Below are positions 9,292 through 17,956 of a stretch of 44,496 nucleotides of DNA, one piece after another. A model generated the notes under the pieces. It was not told the DNA's origin. It searched no databases and worked only from the letters and a program-made list of their open reading frames with translations. Every line of letters starts with the position of its first letter. Position 1 is the stretch's first letter. The DNA is from Bdellovibrionales bacterium RIFOXYD12_FULL_39_22 (GTDB taxonomy: Bacteria; Bdellovibrionota; Bacteriovoracia; Bacteriovoracales; Bacteriovoracaceae). The translations under genes and the position numbers were made by a program. The stretch lies in NCBI GenBank assembly GCA_001770205.1, contig MEQL01000020.1, forward strand, positions 1 through 44,496. The letters are read 5' to 3'.

Positions 9292-11168
9292 GACTCGCGC
9301 AAAGCACGAACTACTGAACGATCACTCTGTTTAAGATTTTTTTTGCGAATACGAATGTTCAGTGGTGTTACTTCCACCCATTCATCATCATCAATCCAAT
9401 CCAGTGCCCATTCCAAGGTTCGAGGCGCAATAGGTGGAAGGATAATGTTTTCATCTTTCCCGGCAGTCCGTACACTAGAGAGATGTTTTTCCCTAACAAC
9501 ATTGATATTTGAATCATTTGTTCTGGTGTGTTCTCCCACTACCATCCCCTCGTAAACTGCTTCCCCTGGTTTGATAAACTGTCGCCCAACGGCCAATAAA
9601 TTAAATAGCGCATACGGCGTAGCATGCCCCGCTCGATCGGAAATAAGTGCTCCATTCTGCCTGGCCAACATATCACCGGCATAAGTTTTATAACCTAAGA
9701 AATAGGAAGACATCAATCCTTGGCCCTTGGTATCCGTCAAAAATAGTGAGCGATAGCCAATTACTCCGCGTGAAGGAATAACAAACTCAATCCGAGTACG
9801 ATTCTCGCCAATTGAAACCATGTTATTCATTCGTCCCTTCCGATTAGATAGTTTTTCAGTAATAGGCCCGGTAAACTCTGAAGGAACATCTAAAATCAAC
9901 ATTTCAAAAGGCTCCAGTTTTGCCCCATTTTCATCGGTTTTCATAATAACTTCCGGCCGCGAAACCATGAATTCAAAACCTTTGCGTCGCAACTCTTCAA
10001 AGACAATGGCCAATTGGAATTCACCTCGGCCTTTAAGCATAAATACTTTGGGATCAACCGTTCGAGCATAGCGCAAGGCCACATTCAAGCGACAAGATTC
10101 TTCTAAAAATTCTTCTAATTTGCGCGAGGTCAAATATTCTCCCTCTTTACCAGAAAGAGGAGATGTAGAAACCGAGACATTAACCGAAACAGTAGGAGGT
10201 TCAATCTCCACTCGTGGCAGCGGATCTGGCCGATCAAAAGAGCAGATAGTATCGCCAATCTCCGCCTCAGAAAATCCAGAAATTATGGCAATTTCCCCCG
10301 CACTACAATTATCTACCTCAACCTGTCCTAGGCCGCCAAAAACCTGAATAGATGCCACTTTGAAATTTTTTGTTTTCCCATCACGGCCACACCAAGTGGC
10401 CTGTTCTAGTCTTCTAATAAATCCTCGTTGAATACGGCCAATCATCAATGGCCCCATATAGGGAGAATAAGAGAGGTTTGCAACCAGTAATTGCAAGTCC
10501 GGCCCTGGTGAAATTTTTGGGGAAGGAAAAAAATCTGAAATTAAAAAATCTAAAAGTGGATGCAAATTTTTCCCTTTTTGCGAAGGATCCTCCAAGTACT
10601 CCACCGCCCAACCTTCGCGCGCCGAGGCATATAGCTTGGGAATATGTAAATCAAAATCTTCCAAACTTAAAAGAGAGGCCAACTCCAAGAAAAGATCATC
10701 AATTTCGACTTCCACCTCTTTCACTCGTTGATCAGCACGATCCACTTTATTAATAACGACTGCAATTTTAAGTCGACGCTCCATGGCCTTCTGCAAAACA
10801 AACCGAGTCTGCGGCAATGGGCCTTCGGAGGCATCTACCAATAAAAATACTGAGTCCACCATCATCAGTGAGCGCTCTACTTCCCCTCCAAAATCAGAGT
10901 GTCCAGGAGTATCCAGTAAATTAATTTTTATCCCTTTCCATACAATAGAGCAATTTTTAGCACGAATGGTAATACCTCTCTCCTGCTCTAACTCTCCCGA
11001 ATCCATCACTCGTTCAGCGGGAGCATCTTTGCCAAAATTTATTCCTGACTGCGAAAGCAGGCCATCCACTAATGTCGTCTTTCCGTGGTCAACGTGAGCA
11101 ACAATAGCAACATTTTTAATAGGTAAAACTACCGTTGAATCCCCGGTTTTAGTTGTAAGATCATTCAT
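9288..11168 (-). CDS. typA: Translational GTPase TypA/BipA
   Basis: AHVDHGKTTLVD, ERGITI, DTPGHSDFGGEVER, NKVD and C-terminal EVTPLNIRIRK. Confidence 0.96.
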   Translation of the reverse strand: MNDLTTKTGDSTVVLPIKNVAIVAHVDHGKTTLVDGLLSQSGINFGKDAPAERVMDSGELEQERGITIRAKNCSIVWKGIKINLLDTPGHSDFGGEVERSLMMVDSVFLLVDASEGPLPQTRFVLQKAMERRLKIAVVINKVDRADQRVKEVEVEIDDLFLELASLLSLEDFDLHIPKLYASAREGWAVEYLEDPSQKGKNLHPLLDFLISDFFPSPKISPGPDLQLLVANLSYSPYMGPLMIGRIQRGFIRRLEQATWCGRDGKTKNFKVASIQVFGGLGQVEVDNCSAGEIAIISGFSEAEIGDTICSFDRPDPLPRVEIEPPTVSVNVSVSTSPLSGKEGEYLTSRKLEEFLEESCRLNVALRYARTVDPKVFMLKGRGEFQLAIVFEELRRKGFEFMVSRPEVIMKTDENGAKLEPFEMLILDVPSEFTGPITEKLSNRKGRMNNMVSIGENRTRIEFVIPSRGVIGYRSLFLTDTKGQGLMSSYFLGYKTYAGDMLARQNGALISDRAGHATPYALFNLLAVGRQFIKPGEAVYEGMVVGEHTRTNDSNINVVREKHLSSVRTAGKDENIILPPIAPRTLEWALDWIDDDEWVEVTPLNIRIRKKNLKQSDRSVVRALRES

Positions 11169-11186
11169 AGTTTGGATTTCCTTTAA

Positions 11187-12467
11187 TCAATTTTGTCTAC
11201 GATTAGCATTAGCAAGTAGGCGACGATCTCGGTAAAGTGGATGAGTAAGGCAACGCGGCCCTCCTCGCGCACGACAAAGTTCCTCGCCTTTTAACAAAAT
11301 GGCCGTCTTCTGATTGAAGTTCGGTTCAAAAGTTTGGCTTAAAACTTCGGAAGCATTTACGCAAAGATAACCTGCGCGCGACAACTCTTTAATGGTATTT
11401 ATATTTCGCGAATAGGTCAAAATAATTCCTGGCGCAATACAAAAGGAGTTGGCCCCTTGAGTCCATTGTTCTCTCTTTTGCGCAATCAAATTATTTTTTC
11501 CTCCGCAGTAAATGGGTTTTAGTGGAATTTTCAGATCATTAAGTAAGTCAAAAATTAGATCATATTTTTTCTCTTTAAACTCTGTCTGGTTTAAATCGAA
11601 GTAAAAAATATCTGCACGAGTTAAACTCTCTGGAGCAAACAGTGGAGGATAAATCAAACATTCATCTTCGCTAATGCGTGTAAACACCGTATCCAAATGA
11701 ATAAAGCTAATCTGATTGGGAAGCTTGGCCACAATGAGGTTTTTAACTCCTAGTTTTTTTAATTCTTTAGAAAGTAATTGAATGGATTTAAGACTAGTTC
11801 TACGAGACCAGGCAATGGCCACTGTATCCTCATCCAATACCAAAAAATCTCCCCCCTCCAGTGATAGCTTTGTTCCTTCGGTACCCAATTGATGAAGGTC
11901 AATAATAGGTTTATCCAAAATCAGCTCAGGATGGTTGGTAAAAATAAAAATCATCAATTTTGCTTCGCGTCTGCGTACTGGTTCGGCCATGGAGGAGGCC
12001 AATATACGATTAAAGGCCACAATCACTGGATCTCTAGCAAAGATCAAATTGGGAATAGGTTTTAATAGATATAAGTTCTCATCATCCATTAAATGCTTAT
12101 CTAGTAAAATACCTTCAATCAAAGCTGCCGCTAATTGCTTGGGTGTTAGTGACTTTAATTTTTTTACAACTTGCAAAGATAGATGTTCTAATAATTGCAA
12201 TTCATCAACCAGTGCGGCCACTACTTCTTTACTGGCCGCTTCCAAGGCCGTAATCAATAACTCTTTTATCTCTAAAACCTCTACCCCATATTTGCGAAAG
12301 ACGTTACACATAGCGCGATGTTCTTCCTGGGCCATCTCTCCAAAAAGGATATCTTCAAATAAAAGTTCATTGGCGCCCTCAGGTACAATTATATCAATTT
12401 CGGGGCCAGGTGAATGAACCATTACCTTTTTCAAAATTCCAATTTCGGAATATAGATTCGGCGTCAT
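11187..12467 (-). CDS. arcA: Arginine deiminase
   Basis: SEIGILKKVMVHSPG, PNLIFARDP, LEGGD, HLDTVF, REQW and catalytic RGGPRC. Confidence 0.92.
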   Translation of the reverse strand: MTPNLYSEIGILKKVMVHSPGPEIDIIVPEGANELLFEDILFGEMAQEEHRAMCNVFRKYGVEVLEIKELLITALEAASKEVVAALVDELQLLEHLSLQVVKKLKSLTPKQLAAALIEGILLDKHLMDDENLYLLKPIPNLIFARDPVIVAFNRILASSMAEPVRRREAKLMIFIFTNHPELILDKPIIDLHQLGTEGTKLSLEGGDFLVLDEDTVAIAWSRRTSLKSIQLLSKELKKLGVKNLIVAKLPNQISFIHLDTVFTRISEDECLIYPPLFAPESLTRADIFYFDLNQTEFKEKKYDLIFDLLNDLKIPLKPIYCGGKNNLIAQKREQWTQGANSFCIAPGIILTYSRNINTIKELSRAGYLCVNASEVLSQTFEPNFNQKTAILLKGEELCRARGGPRCLTHPLYRDRRLLANANRRQN

Positions 12468-12472
12468 ACTAC

Positions 12473-13324
12473 CTACTCTCCTCGCTTGATTGCTAAGAAT
12501 TTCTTTCCATCCTTAATAATGGGCCGGCCAACAATTTTATACTGAGCTCCGTTCTCAATTTCCATCTGCATTTTTTTATAAAAATCATTATCCAAGGCAT
12601 CCACTAAAAAATCATATGCAACGGCCACTCGTTCCTTCCCCGATAAGGCGGACAAAAGGCCCAAATCTGTATAGACCGAACGATAGGCCATAGTTTTTTC
12701 AAAGGAGTGAGCAGGAGTATAACTCGAATGTACTTCCATATCCGCCAATTGCGAATGAATATGTATGGCCGAGGATTCCCACTGAGTGGCGCCAAACATT
12801 TTACCGATATTTAAAACCTTAAGTCCCAATGCCTTTGTCAAAAGTGCCAATCCCGAAAGTGGATAATAATTTCCAATAAAAGAATTGGCCGAACATAAGT
12901 TATGGCCGAACCAAGAATCACCACTTGCCATGGGTATGGCAATATACATGGAGAAAGGTACTAGGCCCTTATAATTGCGATCAATTTTATAAATTTTTAA
13001 AACTTCTTCCGGTAAATCTGCTGCCATCTTTCCGAGACCTACGATTCCCCCTACCATCTCGCCACAATCAAAAAAAACCCACTTATCCATAGGCATTCCG
13101 ACTTGTCCAAAAGATAGAGAATCTAGTGTTTGCAAAAGATCAAAAAAAGTGGCGTGTTTTGAATCAATACAAGAAATAATATTCTCTTTTTTTATCTCCA
13201 GGCCCCAGGGAGAGAGATTGAAGGCAGGTAAATTGCCAGGGTAACTTAGAACATACAACTCACATTCATTTAAAATGTTTTTGTACTTTTGATTAATTTT
13301 ATCTAATTCCAATGAAAGCTTCAT
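12473..13324 (-). CDS. Hypothetical protein, possibly GNAT-like, inside the arginine operon
   Basis: 283-aa ORF 18 bp from OTC and 5 bp from arcA. The fold assignment is tentative. Confidence 0.75.
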   Translation of the reverse strand: MKLSLELDKINQKYKNILNECELYVLSYPGNLPAFNLSPWGLEIKKENIISCIDSKHATFFDLLQTLDSLSFGQVGMPMDKWVFFDCGEMVGGIVGLGKMAADLPEEVLKIYKIDRNYKGLVPFSMYIAIPMASGDSWFGHNLCSANSFIGNYYPLSGLALLTKALGLKVLNIGKMFGATQWESSAIHIHSQLADMEVHSSYTPAHSFEKTMAYRSVYTDLGLLSALSGKERVAVAYDFLVDALDNDFYKKMQMEIENGAQYKIVGRPIIKDGKKFLAIKRGE

Positions 13325-13342
13325 AATCCTTTCTGGCCTTCC

Positions 13343-14266
13343 CTATTTTCTCTTTTTCATCAAGGTATACATGATGGCCTTTTGAGCATGCAAGCGATTT
13401 TCTGCCTGATCAAAAATTATCGATTGCTTACCATCAATAACCTCATTGGCCACCTCTTCACCTCTATGAGCAGGTAGGCAATGCATGTAAACGGCCTTTT
13501 TATTGGCCATGGCCATGACTTCTGGCGTGACTTTGTACGGACCTAGGGCCTGTAGCCGTTTAGCTGACTCTGCCTCTTGGCCCATGCTAGTGAAAGTATC
13601 TCCGTAAATAATATCTGAGCCTTTCATGCCTTCTGCGATGTTATCTGTAAAGGTTAATTTAACTTTAGCTGACTTAGCATCTTTTTCACCAGCAGCAATT
13701 AGTTCACTGGCCAGCGTATGACTTTTTGGCGAGATCGAACAAAAATCCAATCCAAAACGAATACACGCATTCATTAGAGAGAGAGTCACATTGTTACCAT
13801 CCCCAACGTACGTTAGCTTAAGACCTTTTAGTTTTTTAAACTTTTCTCGAATAGTCATCATATCCGCCATTGCCTGGCAAGGATGATTAAAATCAGTCAG
13901 TCCGTTAATAACTGGGATAGAGGCATGCTGGGCCAATTCAGTTACATCTGAGTGCTTGAAGGTTCTAATCATAATGCCATCGAGATAACGAGATAAAACC
14001 TTTGCCGTATCGTAAATAGTCTCTCCACGAGATAGTTGTAAGTCGTTTGCACTGAAAAACAGTCCCTGCCCACCTAGTTGAAAAATCCCAGTTTGAAAGG
14101 AAACTCTCGTTCGAGTAGAATTTTTTGTAAAAATCATTCCCAACGTCTGTCCTTGAAGTGACTTGGCGTACTTTTTGGGATGCTTTTTCATATCATCGGC
14201 CAAATCAAGTATTTTAGTTAACTCTTTGCTTGAATAATCAATAACGGCGATAAAATCCTTTTTCAT
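13343..14266 (-). CDS. argF: Ornithine carbamoyltransferase (ArgF/ArcB)
   Basis: STRTRVSF, HPCQ, DTFTSMG, HCLP and QAENRLHAQKA. Confidence 0.95.
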   Translation of the reverse strand: MKKDFIAVIDYSSKELTKILDLADDMKKHPKKYAKSLQGQTLGMIFTKNSTRTRVSFQTGIFQLGGQGLFFSANDLQLSRGETIYDTAKVLSRYLDGIMIRTFKHSDVTELAQHASIPVINGLTDFNHPCQAMADMMTIREKFKKLKGLKLTYVGDGNNVTLSLMNACIRFGLDFCSISPKSHTLASELIAAGEKDAKSAKVKLTFTDNIAEGMKGSDIIYGDTFTSMGQEAESAKRLQALGPYKVTPEVMAMANKKAVYMHCLPAHRGEEVANEVIDGKQSIIFDQAENRLHAQKAIMYTLMKKRK

Positions 14267-14539
14267 AAACGGCTGTGCCTCCTAATGGGTAAATAAAGGG
14301 GTAATTTAGCTATAAATATATCGGGATAAATTAGCCGAAAGAAGTAGACAATGGCAATGACATTGATAAAAAAATCGCCTATTCGGCAAAACTTGAAAAA
14401 TGGAACAATTCTAAGCAAAACAGTCAGAAATTGTCTTGCAATTTCCAAACATTCCCTCTCCATTACCAATGGACATTTTCACAAAATCTTGTATTGTTGT
14501 TATCAATAATATTAACGTGAGTATTTTAAGGAGCATTAA

Positions 14540-16342
14540 ATGTCTAACAAACAAACTAACAACAAAAAATTGCTTTCTTGGGTAGATGAGATAACCAAGA
14601 TGTGTAAACCAGAAAATGTCCATTGGTGTGATGGCTCTGAAGCAGAGTACAACAAATTGGCCGATCAAATGGTAAAAAATGGAACATTCACCAAGTTGAA
14701 TGATAAAACAAGACCTAATTGCTATCTGGCGCGCTCTCACCCTAGTGATGTGGCCCGCGTCGAGAATAGAACCTTCATCTGCTCAAATAAAAAAGAGGAT
14801 GCTGGGCCAACAAATAATTGGGCCGACCCTCGAGAAATGAAAGAAATTTTGCGCAAAAAATTTGATGGAGCAATGAAAGGCAGAACCATGTATATTATCC
14901 CTTTCTCTATGGGCCCCATCGGTGCTTTGGCCTCTCGAATCGGCATAGAGATTACTGATTCTCCTTACGTTGTATTGAATATGAAAATTATGACTCGCAT
15001 GGGAGAAAAAGTTCTAAAGGCCCTAGGCGATAACGGTGATTTCGTTCCCTGTCTACACTCTCTGGGTGCTCCTCTTTCTCCAGGACAAAAAGATAGTACC
15101 TGGCCATGCGCTCCCAGCATAGATGATAAATTCATCTCTCATTTCCCAGAAGATCCGGCCATCTGGTCTTATGGTTCTGGGTACGGTGGAAATGCCCTCT
15201 TGGGAAAAAAATGTTTGGCGCTACGAATCGCTTCTCCAGTAGCAAGAAAAGAGGGATGGCTTGCCGAACATATGCTTATTTTAGCACTTACCTCTCCAGC
15301 AAAAAAAACCTATTATGTAGCGGCCGCTTTCCCCTCGGCATGCGGAAAAACTAATTTGGCCATGCTTACTCCTACCATTCCGGGCTGGGATGTAAAGTGT
15401 GTCGGTGATGATATTGCCTGGTTACGCTTTGGCAAGGACGGACGGCTTTACGCAATTAATCCTGAATATGGCTTTTTTGGAGTTGCTCCAGGAACCTCGA
15501 TGGAATCCAATCCAAACGCAATGAAAACCATCACTAAAAATACTATTTTCACCAACGTCGGATTAACTGATGACAAAGATGTGTGGTGGGAAATGATGGG
15601 CGTTTCCGCCCCTCAACATCAAGTCGACTGGAAGGGGAATGATTGGACTCCGGCCTCCAAAGAAGTGGCCGCTCACGCCAATTCTCGCTTTACGGCACCG
15701 GCCAAACAGTGTCCTGTTATTGATCCCCAATGGGAAAGTCCAGAGGGCGTCCCTATTTCAGCTTTCTTGTTTGGAGGCCGTCGGCCATCAACAATCCCTC
15801 TCGTTTATGAGGCACGCTCTTGGGAGCATGGGGTCTTTATCGGCTCAACCATTGCATCAGAAACCACAGCGGCCAACATTTCTGAACAAGGTGTATTAAG
15901 ACGAGATCCTTTTGCGATGTTGCCATTTTGTGGTTACCACATGGGTGATTATTTTGCGCACTGGATTTCTATGGCCAAAAAAACTGATCGAAAAAATCTT
16001 CCCAAGATTTACTCGGTCAACTGGTTTAGAAAATCACCAGAGGGCAAATGGATGTGGCCGGGCTATGGCGAAAACAGTCGCGTTCTAAAATGGATTGTAG
16101 AGCGAATTGAAGGGAAGGCCTCGGCAAATGAAACAGCAATTGGTTTTGTGCCAACTGCCGAAAGCTTAGATGTGGCCGGACTTAAAATTGATAAAAATAC
16201 ACTTAATGACCTTTTGGCCGTTAACAAAGATAACTGGAAAAAAGAGGCCGACAGCATCGAGCAACATTTTAAGCAATTTGGGGACAAATTACCTAGCGAA
16301 CTAACTAAAGAACTAAACGATCTACGTTCTCGTCTAAACTAA
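14540..16342 (+). CDS. pckG: Phosphoenolpyruvate carboxykinase (GTP)
   Basis: [33 protein letters not shown] and [20 protein letters not shown]. Confidence 0.97.
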   Translation: MSNKQTNNKKLLSWVDEITKMCKPENVHWCDGSEAEYNKLADQMVKNGTFTKLNDKTRPNCYLARSHPSDVARVENRTFICSNKKEDAGPTNNWADPREMKEILRKKFDGAMKGRTMYIIPFSMGPIGALASRIGIEITDSPYVVLNMKIMTRMGEKVLKALGDNGDFVPCLHSLGAPLSPGQKDSTWPCAPSIDDKFISHFPEDPAIWSYGSGYGGNALLGKKCLALRIASPVARKEGWLAEHMLILALTSPAKKTYYVAAAFPSACGKTNLAMLTPTIPGWDVKCVGDDIAWLRFGKDGRLYAINPEYGFFGVAPGTSMESNPNAMKTITKNTIFTNVGLTDDKDVWWEMMGVSAPQHQVDWKGNDWTPASKEVAAHANSRFTAPAKQCPVIDPQWESPEGVPISAFLFGGRRPSTIPLVYEARSWEHGVFIGSTIASETTAANISEQGVLRRDPFAMLPFCGYHMGDYFAHWISMAKKTDRKNLPKIYSVNWFRKSPEGKWMWPGYGENSRVLKWIVERIEGKASANETAIGFVPTAESLDVAGLKIDKNTLNDLLAVNKDNWKKEADSIEQHFKQFGDKLPSELTKELNDLRSRLN

Positions 16343-16365
16343 TAACCGACGCTTTGTGAGGGTGT

Positions 16366-17895
16366 TTACTTAAACGCCCTCACAATATCTTCGGGCAAAA
16401 TTTTCTGATAATCACCATCTCTAAAAATGAATTCAAAAAGTTTAGTTCGGGCATTTCCGATATATTGGTTAGCGTAGTACCCCTGCCCAATATCAGCAAT
16501 AGAAACATAGTTGTATCCATTTCCATGCCATCTTCCCCAACGCATCCCGGAAATATTACGTGCTATTTCATGTCCCCCAGTTTGTGCTCCTATTATAAGT
16601 AATGCAACCAAAGTTATCTTGGCCCATTTAAGATCATTCTTAGGATTAACAAAAAATCTGGCCACTAGATATACTAAAACGAAAAGAGATGGCATTGAGG
16701 CACGCATCCCAAAATCGTTGGCCGCCCCAAAATGGAAAAAAGGTAAAAGTAGCAATGTGGCCGTAGCAACTGTTAAAAGACGGCGCTCTTCTGTTTTGGT
16801 AAATAGTAACAGCGCAAACAGCAAAAACTCAATCAGCACAAAAAAAAGATAATTTAAAAGCTCACTTTTTAAATTGGCACTCTGCCAAATAAACCCACTA
16901 ACATCTTGTAACAAACGTGCCTGATAAAAAACCCCCACCACAAAAAAAATTAATCCGGCACCTAACAAGTTTTCAAATGACAGTAAGATTTTTCTTGCCT
17001 GCCAATTAACTCCGTGACGAAAAAGAATCAAAACACAATAAGGGATAAGGCCCAACATAACAAAGGGCGACCACAGCGCAGAAAGTGATGCTACCCAAAC
17101 AAACGGCGTGGAAAAATTGCCGTTTTTACCTGATCTCTCATACAAAAAAATTAACATACCCGTAATCAACCAGCTAGTTATAGCATGTTGTGGAACCCAC
17201 CATAGTTGGGTGGCTTGAGAAGAGTATTGCTGTCCAATCCACCACTCTATGTGGGAGTATAAATTTAAAAAAAGTTTTTTATCAGTGAAGAAAACCCCGA
17301 CAATGTCCAGTCCTCCAAAAAAAATAAAAAGAAATACTGCCCAAAGATTGACCGATCTAATAATTTTAAAAAACCAGCAAATTGCCAACATAACCCCTAT
17401 TACCGTTTGCCCCAACATGAAAAAATTTAAATATTCACTACCAAATAATTTTGCCAAAAATGCTGGCGGTAAATAGTATGCCAAATAATAGATTAGATAG
17501 TATCGATTGCCGGCCTGATCCTGATAGGTAGAAGGCCAGTGGAAATTACTTAGATCAAAGATAATCGCATTATGTTTTACATAATCTGAACTCTGAGGAA
17601 ATATCCCGCCACTCCCAGAGCTTACCACCCAAATTAATACAACAAACAAGGCCACTACCCATTGCCACCAATTACCTTGGACTTTTTCCCCGTCCTCATC
17701 TTGGATAAAATAATTGAGGGCCTTAAACATGGAAAATATAAATATACCTATCATGGGGATGGCCAGTGATGGCCGTGGCCATCCGGCCAAAAATAATAAA
17801 TACGGAAATCCTAAATAGGATAATGAAATAATGGATAGCCAATTACCAGAGAAAAACAGTCGCTTGAGGGTAGCAAAATCAAATACCTTATTCAT
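16366..17895 (-). CDS. Polytopic membrane protein, probable GT-C-fold glycosyltransferase
   Basis: About 12 hydrophobic segments with conserved-looking loops SDYVKHN, YYLAYYLP, GGLD, EWW, WVPQH and NDFGMRASMP. Confidence 0.6.
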   Translation of the reverse strand: MNKVFDFATLKRLFFSGNWLSIISLSYLGFPYLLFLAGWPRPSLAIPMIGIFIFSMFKALNYFIQDEDGEKVQGNWWQWVVALFVVLIWVVSSGSGGIFPQSSDYVKHNAIIFDLSNFHWPSTYQDQAGNRYYLIYYLAYYLPPAFLAKLFGSEYLNFFMLGQTVIGVMLAICWFFKIIRSVNLWAVFLFIFFGGLDIVGVFFTDKKLFLNLYSHIEWWIGQQYSSQATQLWWVPQHAITSWLITGMLIFLYERSGKNGNFSTPFVWVASLSALWSPFVMLGLIPYCVLILFRHGVNWQARKILLSFENLLGAGLIFFVVGVFYQARLLQDVSGFIWQSANLKSELLNYLFFVLIEFLLFALLLFTKTEERRLLTVATATLLLLPFFHFGAANDFGMRASMPSLFVLVYLVARFFVNPKNDLKWAKITLVALLIIGAQTGGHEIARNISGMRWGRWHGNGYNYVSIADIGQGYYANQYIGNARTKLFEFIFRDGDYQKILPEDIVRAFK

Positions 17896-17956
17896 TGAGG
17901 ATATTCTAGCCGATGATATAATAATTTAGATAGAAAAATTTTATCCGAAAACAAAT

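Noticed and set aside
14263..14740. ORFs 14263..14469 and 14411..14740 (-)
   Set aside because: They lie in the argF/pckG divergent promoter region or antisense to pckG, and have no motifs.
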